NCBI GenBank assembly: GCA_963772365.1
Contig: CAVYXA010000003.1
Location: 416,001-480,000 of the forward strand
Direction of reading: 5' to 3'
Source: an uncultured Verrucomicrobiae bacterium
GTDB taxonomy: Bacteria > Verrucomicrobiota > Verrucomicrobiia > Chthoniobacterales > UBA10450
Length of the DNA: 64,000 bases
Shown here: positions 39,300-48,372 of the stretch, in pieces
Position numbering within the stretch: position 1 is the first letter of the stretch
Layout: every line of letters starts with the position of its first letter
Position numbers and translations under genes: made by a program
The notes under the pieces: model-generated
What the model saw: only the letters and a program-made list of their open reading frames with translations
Databases searched by the model: none
Told to the model about the DNA's origin: nothing

Positions 39300-41537
39300 G
39301 TGCAGTTCGAGAAGAATACGATGCTGTTTGGGGTGGGCCCGACGCCGCGGATCGTGGCCATCGAGCTGGGCGAGACCGGCACGGTCAAGGTGTACCGGCG
39401 CGACAAGGATGGATCGACAGTTGCCGATGTCGAGCCATTTCATCCATTCGTTTGGGCCGACAGTGATGTCGCCGATCTGGAGATCGAATCGGAAAAGCTG
39501 CGTGGCGACCTGAAATACGGCTGGAGCGTCACGGTCGATAGCTGGAAGGAGCTGATCGCGCTGCGCAACGGGCTCAAAAAATCGGGGCGCGATTTCTTCG
39601 CCTTTACCGATCCTGTGCAGCATTATCTCACCGCCACGGGCCGGACATTGTTCAAAGATCTGCCATTTGAAGAATTGAAGCGGATGCAGATTGATGTGCT
39701 GAATTCGGCGATGCCTGATCAGATGATGTCCATCGCCATTTCAGACAACACGGGTTGGGAAGAACTGATCGTTGTCGATCCTGAGGAGATCGAGAAATCC
39801 GAGCACGCCGCGATCAAGAAACTCATCGAGCTGATCAAGGAGCGTGATCCCGATGTGATCGAAGGACACGATTTGTTCCGGGTTCATCTTCCATATCTGG
39901 TTGCACGGGCAAGAAAGTTGAAGATCAAACTGGATTGGGGCAGGAGCGGCGGATTTTTGCGGTCGCGCCCGTCGCGTCTGCAAATCGCCGAGAAAACGAT
40001 CGATTACCCGAAGTTTACAATCGATGGACGTCATTTCGTCGATACGTTTTTGCTGGCGCAATTCTATGATGTCGGAATGCGTTCGCTCTCCGGTTTCGAT
40101 CGGGCCGATGTCGCCGGGCATTTTGGATTTTGCGAGAGCAGCGAGATTTCCGGGCTTGCAGGCAAAGAATTGCAGCGCGCGTACATCGACAATGACGAGC
40201 GATTTCGCCGTCGCGCATTGTGCGGCGTCCGGGAGACGCGGGCGATTTCCGATTTACTTAGCCCGAGCTATTTCATCCAGGCGCAGATTTTCCCCTACAA
40301 CTATCAGGACGTGATCGTCCGCGGCAACGCCACCCGAATCAATGCCTTGTTTCTCCGGGAATATTTTCGACAGCGCCATTCGATTCCGGAATTGCCAATG
40401 CCGCGCACGTTCGAGGGTGGCTACACGGATATTTTCTTCACGGGAGTGGCCCGGAACGTTTGGCATTGCGACGTCGCGTCGCTATACCCGTCGATCATGT
40501 TGGAGTTCGATTGCTTTCCCGCAACCGATCAGCTCCAGATTTTTCGGCATTTACTCACGGATCTGCGGGCGTTTCGCCTGGAAGTGAAGGCCAATATGCG
40601 CAGCTCGAAAAACCCGAAGGAACAGCAACATTTCCGAGCGCTGCAAAACACGTTCAAGATTTTGATCAACAGCTTTTACGGCTACCTGGGGTTTGCTCAG
40701 GGACACTTCGCCGATTTCGATGCTGCCGCGCGAGTCACGCAGATCGGGCGCGATTTGTTGAAACAAATGATCGACTGGCTGAACGGGCAGGGCGCGAAGG
40801 TGATTGAGGTCGATACCGACGGCATTTATTTCGTCCCGCCCGGCGACTCTGAACTTGTAGGGCAACCGCATCGGTTGCCTTCCGACCAAGGCAGCCGGAG
40901 CGCCTGCCCTACAATAGAAACACTACAGCGCGGCCTGACCGAGATTCTTCCCGCTGGAATCGAGGTCGAGTTCGATGAGCAGTTCGAAGCGATGTTCAGC
41001 TACAAGGCGAAAAATTACGCACTGCTCACAAAAGATGGAGAGGTAATTATCAAAGGTGGCGCGCTCAAGTCACGCGGGCTCGAAAAATTTCAGCGAGTTT
41101 TCCTCGAACAAATGATCAAGCTGATCATGGAAGGAAAACCGGAAGCGATTGTCGATCTTCGGAATGAATTCGAGAAAAAAATCCGAAACCGGGAATGGAA
41201 CATCGACATGTTGATGAAGACCGACACGCTCCAGGATTCGCTCGACAAATACAAAGCCAAGATTGCGGGCTCGGCCCGTAATCGCGCGGCGGCATACGAG
41301 CTGGCATTAGCCAGCGGCCGCAATTATAAGCCGGGTGATCAGATCAGCTATTATGTCAAAGCGACTCCGAAAAAAGTCCCTGCCTACGAAGCCGCAAAGT
41401 TAGCTACCGAATTCGATCCGCAAAATCGCGATGAAAATGTCGACTACTACGTGGCCAAACTCGACGATCTGGTGACGAAATTCAGCGGCCTCAGTGTCGC
41501 CGCTCCCACGCCCACGCAGGGAAGCCTGGCGCTTTAG
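39300..41537 (+). CDS. Family B DNA polymerase with degenerate 3'-5' exonuclease motifs
   Basis: Motif A DVASLYPSIM, motif B KILINSFYGYLG, motif C VDTDG, KNYA. Confidence 0.92.
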   Translation: MQFEKNTMLFGVGPTPRIVAIELGETGTVKVYRRDKDGSTVADVEPFHPFVWADSDVADLEIESEKLRGDLKYGWSVTVDSWKELIALRNGLKKSGRDFFAFTDPVQHYLTATGRTLFKDLPFEELKRMQIDVLNSAMPDQMMSIAISDNTGWEELIVVDPEEIEKSEHAAIKKLIELIKERDPDVIEGHDLFRVHLPYLVARARKLKIKLDWGRSGGFLRSRPSRLQIAEKTIDYPKFTIDGRHFVDTFLLAQFYDVGMRSLSGFDRADVAGHFGFCESSEISGLAGKELQRAYIDNDERFRRRALCGVRETRAISDLLSPSYFIQAQIFPYNYQDVIVRGNATRINALFLREYFRQRHSIPELPMPRTFEGGYTDIFFTGVARNVWHCDVASLYPSIMLEFDCFPATDQLQIFRHLLTDLRAFRLEVKANMRSSKNPKEQQHFRALQNTFKILINSFYGYLGFAQGHFADFDAAARVTQIGRDLLKQMIDWLNGQGAKVIEVDTDGIYFVPPGDSELVGQPHRLPSDQGSRSACPTIETLQRGLTEILPAGIEVEFDEQFEAMFSYKAKNYALLTKDGEVIIKGGALKSRGLEKFQRVFLEQMIKLIMEGKPEAIVDLRNEFEKKIRNREWNIDMLMKTDTLQDSLDKYKAKIAGSARNRAAAYELALASGRNYKPGDQISYYVKATPKKVPAYEAAKLATEFDPQNRDENVDYYVAKLDDLVTKFSGLSVAAPTPTQGSLAL
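40855..40914. repeat. 60-bp GTAG-type palindromic element in frame within the polymerase gene
   Basis: Perfect 10-bp terminal IR TTGTAGGGCA / TGCCCTACAA; inner hairpin GGCAACCG-CAT-CGGTTGCC. Confidence 0.85.
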
Positions 41538-41546
41538 CGAGAAGAT

Positions 41547-41801
41547 TCAATAATGGTAGCGCAATTGCGCAATCCAGAGATCACCGCCTGCAAGCCGATA
41601 AACCATTCGATGTTCGCTCGTTATCCGGCGGGACCAATATCCATGGAAACGGTGTCTTAGCGGCTCTGGTTTCCCAATCCCACTATATGGATTACGCATC
41701 GTCTCTTTGATGAGATGATTAATGCGCTTCAACGTCTGTGGGTCAGTCTTCTGCCAATAAAGATATTCTTCCCATGATTCCCGCGAGAAGAGTAGATTCA
41801 C
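41547..41801 (-). CDS. yoeB: Txe/YoeB family toxin
   Basis: GIGKPEPL, WSRRITSEHRMVY, C-terminal RYHY. Confidence 0.95.
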   Translation of the reverse strand: MNLLFSRESWEEYLYWQKTDPQTLKRINHLIKETMRNPYSGIGKPEPLRHRFHGYWSRRITSEHRMVYRLAGGDLWIAQLRYHY

Positions 41802-42055
41802 GTCTCGAGCTTTAGCTTCTTTCGTATTCCTTTTCCGCGCTCGAGCGACTCGATCGATCTTAACAGCCGTTTTGCATTGGCCGGAGAGCGCAACAGGTGG
41901 GCAGTTTCCTGGAGCGACTCGTACTCCGATAGCGAGATCATCACGACCGATTGATCCCGTTTCCGTGTAATGATGACCGGCGCGTTGTCCTCACACACGC
42001 GGTTGATCGTATTGGCAAGATTTTCTCGCGCTTCAGTGTAGGTGATTGCCTTCAT
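41798..42055 (-). CDS. yefM: Phd/YefM family antitoxin
   Basis: ITYTEARENLA…PVIITRK…ETAHLLRSPANAKRL. Confidence 0.95.
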   Translation of the reverse strand: MKAITYTEARENLANTINRVCEDNAPVIITRKRDQSVVMISLSEYESLQETAHLLRSPANAKRLLRSIESLERGKGIRKKLKLET

Positions 42056-42059
42056 AAGT

Positions 42060-42093
42060 TGGACAGGATACTGTCCAGATGGCGACCATTCAA
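42060..42093 (-). promoter_or_regulatory. yefM-yoeB sigma70 promoter with overlapping operator palindrome
   Basis: TTGAAT (42093-42088), 17 nt, TATCCT (42070-42065); IR TGGACAG-N4-CTGTCCA (42060-42077). Confidence 0.7.
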
Positions 42094-42124
42094 GACTAGA
42101 TTGATATCCAACAAGCCTCGTTCT

Positions 42125-43300
42125 TCAAAATGCCCACCAGCCGCGGACGAACAGGCTGGAAAAAAGTGCCAGAAAAAGCAGCGACCAAACTGTGATCGCT
42201 GCGTTCCAGAAACGGTTTTTGGCCAGGAGCGCAAAGAGAATGAAAATTGGAAAAAGCGTGAGCACATACCGTGGAGTGCTCTCGATGAATGTGACGGAGG
42301 TAAATAGCAGCCAATTGGCTGTGATCCACATCGCGTACACCGGACGCAATTTGATCCAGCTAACGATCAGGCAAATAAAAGCAAGCGCAGTGAAACAAAG
42401 TTCCTGCGCGCCGACCATTTCGGCCTGATTTGGCAGACGCCGGAGATTCCCGATCCCCTCTTGAACTCCGACCCATGGCCAGGAAAAGGACATGGCAAAA
42501 AGCGATCTTCGCATTCGAAGAAAGGCGAATGGATCACCCGCGATCCTCCAGTTGAGAAGAAGATAAATGCCAAAGCCAACTGGCACAAAGCCGATCCAGA
42601 GCCAACGCCATTGCCAGCGCTTGGTGATAATCAATTGATGAATCACCTCGACGGCGAGAGTCGGCAGCAAAGCAACGCCGGTGGCGCGCGTCATCCAGCA
42701 AAGCGCGCCGAAGGTTCCCGCCAGCCACCAGCGATCCAAGCGCGCGGCCAAAATCGACCCGAGCGCGAAAGCCAGGAAAAGGCTTTCTGTGTAACCGATG
42801 TGCAGAAAATATGCGGTCGGAAAAATTAAGAAGAACCAGACAGCGCGACGTGCAACAGCTTTTGGATAATCGAGCTCAACAATTCGGCGCAACAGAACCG
42901 CCGCGGCGATCGTCGCAATGCCCGATACGATGAACGCGCTCACCAGGTAATTCCCACAAACCCAAGCCACAGCCCGGGTGCACCAGGGAAACAGCGGGTA
43001 AAACCACGCCTTGAACAAGCTCGATGCGCTGTAGCCCTGTTGCGCGATCTGCAGATAATGAATCGCATCCCAGCGGTTCCAGATTTCCAACCAGCCGGGA
43101 GCAGGTTTGTTCTCGAGGATGCGAAAGCTCTGGACGCCGAAGAGCAGAAGCAATAATTCGATTGCAAAAACCCAGCCCATAACCAGCCAATCGTCCCTGT
43201 TCAGGAAAAAAATCGCTGAGTTTGGGCAGCGGGTATTCGCCGGTTTTGTATTCGGTTCCAAAAGGCTAAAACTTATTCCAAGTTCTTCGGGGTTGGCCAT
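42125..43300 (-). CDS. GT-C membrane glycosyltransferase (PIG-V/mannosyltransferase-like)
   Basis: RWDAIHYLQIAQQGY, FYPLFP, FPTAYFL…YTESLF, multi-TM. Confidence 0.85.
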   Translation of the reverse strand: MANPEELGISFSLLEPNTKPANTRCPNSAIFFLNRDDWLVMGWVFAIELLLLLFGVQSFRILENKPAPGWLEIWNRWDAIHYLQIAQQGYSASSLFKAWFYPLFPWCTRAVAWVCGNYLVSAFIVSGIATIAAAVLLRRIVELDYPKAVARRAVWFFLIFPTAYFLHIGYTESLFLAFALGSILAARLDRWWLAGTFGALCWMTRATGVALLPTLAVEVIHQLIITKRWQWRWLWIGFVPVGFGIYLLLNWRIAGDPFAFLRMRRSLFAMSFSWPWVGVQEGIGNLRRLPNQAEMVGAQELCFTALAFICLIVSWIKLRPVYAMWITANWLLFTSVTFIESTPRYVLTLFPIFILFALLAKNRFWNAAITVWSLLFLALFSSLFVRGWWAF

Positions 43301-43377
43301 TCAATAAGAGGTCGCAATCGGACCGTCTGATTCCTGCTTGCGCGTTCAGCCGGAACCGCCTAATAGCTTTAGCCTCC

Positions 43378-43695
43378 ATGATTCATCACGTTGTTCTCTA
43401 CAAGCTCAGGCCCGAGGTCACGCCGGCGCGCGTCGAAGAAATGATGATGAATGCACGCATGCAGCTCCTAAAGATTCCCGAGGTTCTGAGCATCAAATGC
43501 GGCAAACGGGTCGATCCGGAATTGCCCTGGCCCTTCTTTATCGCGATCGATTTCGAATCCATGGACAAATACGCGATCTTTCGCGAGGACTCGATTTTTG
43601 TGAAATTTGTCGAGGAAACGATTAAACCGAACACAGCCGATTCGTTGACCCTCGATTTTGAGATGGACCCGGGCAAAGACGTCCGCTTTTCCTGA
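43378..43695 (+). CDS. Dabb (stress-responsive A/B barrel) family protein
   Basis: MIHHVVLYKL…IPEV…IDFES…LDFE. Confidence 0.8.
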   Translation: MIHHVVLYKLRPEVTPARVEEMMMNARMQLLKIPEVLSIKCGKRVDPELPWPFFIAIDFESMDKYAIFREDSIFVKFVEETIKPNTADSLTLDFEMDPGKDVRFS

Positions 43696-43746
43696 GAAGG
43701 CCGCGCATTCGTTGCTATTTGCAGCGCGGCGCGTAATCATCGACCC

Positions 43747-45651
43747 GTGCGGCTCGGTTATCTCTATTCCCGTTATCCGGTAATTTCCCAGACGTTTTGC
43801 GACCGGGAAATGCTCGCTATGGAGCGCCTCGGGTTTGATCTCGAAATCGGTTCGATTCATCCACCGCTGACGAGTTTGCGCCACGAACATATTGCGCAGT
43901 TGAGCGCGCCCCTTCGCTACGCGCCGCCGCAGAAAATCCTGTCGATCCGGGCGGCTCATGCCAGAAGTCGCGGTCACTGGCCTGGAAAACTTGTCGATCT
44001 TCACGAGCGCAAATATGGCGCGGTGGTGAAAGCGGAGCTGCGTGCGCGTAATGCGCTCTATTTTGCAGACCTTTTTCGGGATCGCGGTGTCGAGCATTGC
44101 CACGTCCATTTCGCTAATCGGGCCGCTCATACGGCAATGTTTTTGAAGGAGCTCTCGGGAATTCCGTTCAGCGTTACGGCGCACGGCCAGGATTTCATGG
44201 CCGATCTGGGCAGTGACGATCTCTTGCGCGAGATTTTCGATGCCGCCGAGTTCATCGCCGCGGAAACGGATTACAGCGCCGAACTTTTGCGAAAACGATC
44301 TCCAAATGCGGCTTCGAAAATCCACCGCGTGTATAACGGGATCGACCTCGATCGTTTCCCAATTTCATCAGTCGCGCCGCCGGCGAATTCGAAACCGCGA
44401 ATCGTCAGTATCGGCCGCCTGGTTGCCTTCAAGGGCTTCGAGCACTTGATCGATGCCTGCGCGGAACTGGTTGGTCGAGGCGACGACTTCATTTGCGAAA
44501 TCGTTGGCGACGGGCCGTTGCATCACGACCTGCAAAGGAAGATCGACAGTCTGGGCATCGGCGACCGCGTCGCTCTGCTTGGGGCGCTATCGCAGGATGC
44601 AGTGCGAGAGAAACTAAACCGGTCCGATTTGTTTGTGCTTGCTTCGACTGTGGATCAAAAAGGTGCCAGCGACATTTTTCCCACTGTCATTGCCGAGGCG
44701 ATGTCTGCCGCGCGCCCAGTCGTTTCCACAACAGTCGCTGGGATTCCCGAGCTCGTAATTGATGGCGAGACCGGACTCTTGGGACCTCCGGGTGACGTTT
44801 CTGCGCTCACTGCCGCGATCAGGTCAATGATTCGGCAACCCGATTTGCGAGTAGCGTGCGGGCGCGCGGGTCGTGCCCGGATCGAACAGCATTTTCAAAT
44901 CGAGCAGACGATACAACCGCTGGTGAAACTGTTCGAGAGGGCGTCACCGGGGAAGCTATCAGCTTCCCCTACAGGTGCGACGATTAGCGACGAGGCTGCG
45001 CAAGTGGCTTATCTGATCGATCGTTGGCCGGATCCGAAATTACTGCACCTCGAATCTGAGCTTGAAGAGATGCAGAAGCGAAATGTCCCCGTCATCGGCC
45101 TGGTTTGTGAATTCGATTGGATGGCGCGGATGTCGCCTCCGATGAAGCGACTTGCCGAGAGTCTGGAATTTTTGCCGGATGCCATGGTGATCGAGGCAGA
45201 ATGGCGCAGCAATCGTGACCTCGCCCAGGAATTGGAAGAAGGCCGGGCCACAGAAACAGAACGGCCACCAGCTGGAATTTTTTTGCGACAGGCCCGATTC
45301 GCTTTGATCCTGCGAAAGATGCTGACGCATAAAAAAATTTCGCACATTCATGCGACCAGCTCGCGAACTCTCGTTTGCACCCGGATCCTACAGCAAATTG
45401 TCGATCTTCCCATTAGCGCCACGATTGAACTGCACCCGGAATTGTCTTCGGGTTGGATTAAGCAAGCTTTGGAAAAATGTGTGGGAGGACGAGTAAGCGA
45501 CCGGAAATTGCTCCCGCCAAATTCCGGTTCGTTTCTCCTCGATAGAAGCAGCAGCTTCCGTTTGACCGCACGGACAAAACTCTGGCAGAAATGGGCGCAG
45601 CTGTTGCAGCAGTGGAGCAATCGAAAATCGAAAATCGAAAATCGAAAATGA
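43747..45651 (+). CDS. GT4 glycosyltransferase (WcaL-like) with an extra degenerate C-terminal domain
   Basis: YPVISQTF, HCHVHFA, IGRLVAFKG, DIFPTVIAEAM, GIPELVIDGETG. Confidence 0.88.
   Translation: MRLGYLYSRYPVISQTFCDREMLAMERLGFDLEIGSIHPPLTSLRHEHIAQLSAPLRYAPPQKILSIRAAHARSRGHWPGKLVDLHERKYGAVVKAELRARNALYFADLFRDRGVEHCHVHFANRAAHTAMFLKELSGIPFSVTAHGQDFMADLGSDDLLREIFDAAEFIAAETDYSAELLRKRSPNAASKIHRVYNGIDLDRFPISSVAPPANSKPRIVSIGRLVAFKGFEHLIDACAELVGRGDDFICEIVGDGPLHHDLQRKIDSLGIGDRVALLGALSQDAVREKLNRSDLFVLASTVDQKGASDIFPTVIAEAMSAARPVVSTTVAGIPELVIDGETGLLGPPGDVSALTAAIRSMIRQPDLRVACGRAGRARIEQHFQIEQTIQPLVKLFERASPGKLSASPTGATISDEAAQVAYLIDRWPDPKLLHLESELEEMQKRNVPVIGLVCEFDWMARMSPPMKRLAESLEFLPDAMVIEAEWRSNRDLAQELEEGRATETERPPAGIFLRQARFALILRKMLTHKKISHIHATSSRTLVCTRILQQIVDLPISATIELHPELSSGWIKQALEKCVGGRVSDRKLLPPNSGSFLLDRSSSFRLTARTKLWQKWAQLLQQWSNRKSKIENRK
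45619..45646 (+). repeat. Heptamer tandem repeat (AATCGAA)4
   Basis: Direct reading; ends just before the rfbA ATG at 45648. Confidence 0.9.
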
Positions 45652-46523
45652 AAAAAGCCATCATTCTCGCCGGCGGAGCCGGAACGCGGCTGTACCCGAT
45701 TACAAAGATCGTCTGCAAACAGCTTCTGCCGGTTTACGACAAGCCGATGATCTGTTATCCGCTGGCCACGCTGATGCTCGGCGGTTTGCGCGAGATTCTA
45801 ATTGTTTCTACGCCGAAAGATTTGCCAATGCTCCGCGATTTCCTTGGCGACGGATCGCAGTTCGGCATTCGGTTGGATTACGCCGAGCAGCCGAAGCCGG
45901 AAGGGATCGCGCAGGCGTTTTTGGTTGGCGCGAAATTTATCGGGAACGCCGGGGCGACGCTGATTCTAGGGGACAATATTTTTTACGGGAAACTGGATTT
46001 CTTCCGGCAAGCGCTGGGCATCGAGCGTGGCGCCTGCATTTTCGGCTATCAAGTGCGCGATCCGGAACGCTACGGCGTTGTTGAATTCGATTCGGCGGGA
46101 AAAGCCATCAGTCTCGAAGAAAAACCAAAGCGCCCCAAGAGTCATTACGCCGTGCCCGGTCTTTACGTGTATGACGAACGCGTTGTCGATCTTTGCCGGA
46201 CGCTGCGGCCGTCCGCCCGTGGCGAACTGGAGATTACTGATTTAAATCTGCTTTATCTCGAGCGAGGCGAACTAAATGTGAAACTGCTGGGGCGCGGCAT
46301 GGCCTGGCTTGATACCGGCACCCAAACCAGCCTGCTCGAAGCAGGGAACTACATCGCCACAATCGAGCATCGACAAGGGTTGAAGATTGCCTGCCTCGAG
46401 GAAGTTGCGTTTCGCATGGGTTTCATCAATCAAGCAGAACTTGCCGCAAGCATCGATCGTTTGCCCAAAGGCGAGTATCGAAATTATCTCCAGTTAGTAT
46501 GCCATGAAGGGCCGGTGTCGTGA
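45648..46523 (+). CDS. rfbA: Glucose-1-phosphate thymidylyltransferase
   Basis: LAGGAGTRLYP, KQLLPVYDKPMI, LGDNIFYG, EEKP, RGELEITD, WLDTGT. Confidence 0.96.
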   Translation: MKKAIILAGGAGTRLYPITKIVCKQLLPVYDKPMICYPLATLMLGGLREILIVSTPKDLPMLRDFLGDGSQFGIRLDYAEQPKPEGIAQAFLVGAKFIGNAGATLILGDNIFYGKLDFFRQALGIERGACIFGYQVRDPERYGVVEFDSAGKAISLEEKPKRPKSHYAVPGLYVYDERVVDLCRTLRPSARGELEITDLNLLYLERGELNVKLLGRGMAWLDTGTQTSLLEAGNYIATIEHRQGLKIACLEEVAFRMGFINQAELAASIDRLPKGEYRNYLQLVCHEGPVS

Positions 46524-46636
46524 AGCGGTTTGGTTAAGGAGAAGCCGATCCACCAATTTGTTCTCGACCCATCGGCGTTTCTGCTTCTCAAAACGCGCTT
46601 TCGAGCCGAGACTTCACGCAACAGGAGGATGAACTT

Positions 46637-47422
46637 ATGCCACTCATTGAAGCTGTACGAGGATTGATCAGTTGGATCGTCCCGCTCGCCATTCTCGCCA
46701 TCATTATTTTGCCTCAAGCCATTCGCATCCTGCGGGAGTACGAACGCGGTGTCATTTTTCGCCTGGGAAAACTACTCGGCGCAAAAGGACCGGGATTGAT
46801 TTTCCTGATCCCGATTGTCGATCGAATGGTCCGCATGGATTTGCGCGTCGTTACCATCAATGTCGAGCGGCAGGAAATGATGACCCGCGACAATGTCCCG
46901 GTAAGTGTGGATGCCGTCGTTTATTTTCGCGTCGTCGATCCGCAGGCGGCCGTAGTGAAAGTGGAGAACTATCTCAAAGCGACATCGCTCATTGCCCAGA
47001 CGACGTTGCGCAGCGTAGTTGGCCAGGCGCCGCTGGATGATCTGCTTTCCCAGCGCGAATCGATCAATCAGACGCTCCAGGATATCATCGACAAACAGAC
47101 CGAGCCCTGGGGCATAAAAGTCACCGCCGTGGAAGTCAAGGACGTGGTGTTGCCCGACACGATGAAGCGGGCCATGGCCAGGCAAGCCGAAGCCGAGCGC
47201 GAGCGGCGAGCCAAAGTCGTGAATGCGGAAGGCGAGTTTCAGGCCGCGGAGAAAATGGTGCAGGCCGCCGCCATGATGAGCAAAGAGCCGATCGCGCTCC
47301 AACTTCGTTTTCTGCAAACGATGCGCGAAATCTCAGGGGAAAATAACACCACCACTTTTCTTCCCGTACCGATCGACATCTTGACGCCGTTCATCAAGAA
47401 GAACCAACCGCCAGCCGAATAG
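46637..47422 (+). CDS. SPFH/stomatin-like (slipin) protein
   Basis: EYERGVIFRLG, TRDNVPVSVDAVVYF, QAEAERERRA, LQLRFLQT. Confidence 0.93.
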   Translation: MPLIEAVRGLISWIVPLAILAIIILPQAIRILREYERGVIFRLGKLLGAKGPGLIFLIPIVDRMVRMDLRVVTINVERQEMMTRDNVPVSVDAVVYFRVVDPQAAVVKVENYLKATSLIAQTTLRSVVGQAPLDDLLSQRESINQTLQDIIDKQTEPWGIKVTAVEVKDVVLPDTMKRAMARQAEAERERRAKVVNAEGEFQAAEKMVQAAAMMSKEPIALQLRFLQTMREISGENNTTTFLPVPIDILTPFIKKNQPPAE

Positions 47423-47540
47423 TGGTTCGTGGCAAGGCGAGCCGGCTCGCTCAAATGCAGAAGGCGGCCGGGGAGTCTTCTCAACTGCCAGCGGCGAACG
47501 AATCCTTGACGAGATTTCTTCCGCCCACACCGTGTAGATA

Positions 47541-47828
47541 GTGAATGTATCGAGATTTCCCTTCAGCCTGCGGGCCATCAAACGCATCATTATTTCCATT
47601 GTCGGTGGAACTGTGCTTCTGATCGGCATCGCCTTAATTGTTTTGCCCGGCCCGGCCTTCATTGTCATCCCGCTCGGGCTCGCGATTCTCGCTACCGAAT
47701 ATGCGTGGGCCAGACACTGGCTCCGCAAAGCGCGGGAGTACGCTTCCAGTTTCAATTCAAGACCAGCCCCACCGTCGCCGGCTCTGCATGAAGTGGAATC
47801 AGATCAGATGCCAAAATGGCGTCGGTAG
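47541..47828 (+). CDS. PGPGW-domain (TIGR02611-like) small membrane protein
   Basis: GIALIVLPGPAFIVIPLGLAILATEYAWAR. Confidence 0.8.
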   Translation: MNVSRFPFSLRAIKRIIISIVGGTVLLIGIALIVLPGPAFIVIPLGLAILATEYAWARHWLRKAREYASSFNSRPAPPSPALHEVESDQMPKWRR

Positions 47829-47838
47829 TTCGGGAACT

Positions 47839-48291
47839 ATGATCGTTTTAAGAGCAAAGGCCGAACACGCTCATGCGTTAACGAAGATCGCTTTCGCAGC
47901 GAAGCGTCACTGGCAGTATCCCGACAATTGGATTCGTCGCTGGGAAGGAGCGCTCACGATTACGCCTGATTACATCATCCAGCATCCGACATTCGCGGCA
48001 GTGGTTGACGGTGAGTTTGTCGGTTTTTGCGCGCTTCAGCTCGAAGCAGGCGCCGCGTTGTTGGATAATCTGTGGGTGCTGCCATCATTCATGCGGCGAG
48101 GCATCGGTCGCGCTCTGTTCGAGCACGCAGAAGTAATCGCACGAGCGAGTGGCGCCGCTCGTCTAAAGATCGTGGGCGATTCGCACGCTGAGCAGTTCTA
48201 TTCGCGCATGGGCGCGACGCTCTACGATCGGAAAACAGCAAGCATGGATGGAGAGGAGCGGTTTCTTCCGTTGTTGGAGAAGGCGCTATGA
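47839..48291 (+). CDS. GNAT family N-acetyltransferase
   Basis: LWVLPSFMRRGIGRALF, AEQFYSRMG. Confidence 0.88.
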   Translation: MIVLRAKAEHAHALTKIAFAAKRHWQYPDNWIRRWEGALTITPDYIIQHPTFAAVVDGEFVGFCALQLEAGAALLDNLWVLPSFMRRGIGRALFEHAEVIARASGAARLKIVGDSHAEQFYSRMGATLYDRKTASMDGEERFLPLLEKAL

Positions 48292-48372
48292 AACCAAAGC
48301 GGCCAAAAGGCGCCAGAGCCAATGCGCTAGAAGAAACCGAACGCCGCTCGGCTTAGCCCAATTTCCAAGATT

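Noticed and set aside
39300..42055. PolB plus toxin-antitoxin as a pipolin/casposon-like mobile element
   Set aside because: No integrase, Cas1, terminal repeats or att sites seen; the polymerase gene follows aceK closely and carries the host 10-mer motif.
47437..47450. Perfect 14-bp palindrome GCGAGCCGGCTCGC after the SPFH gene
   Set aside because: No U-tract and no second copy seen; cannot be assigned as terminator or operator.
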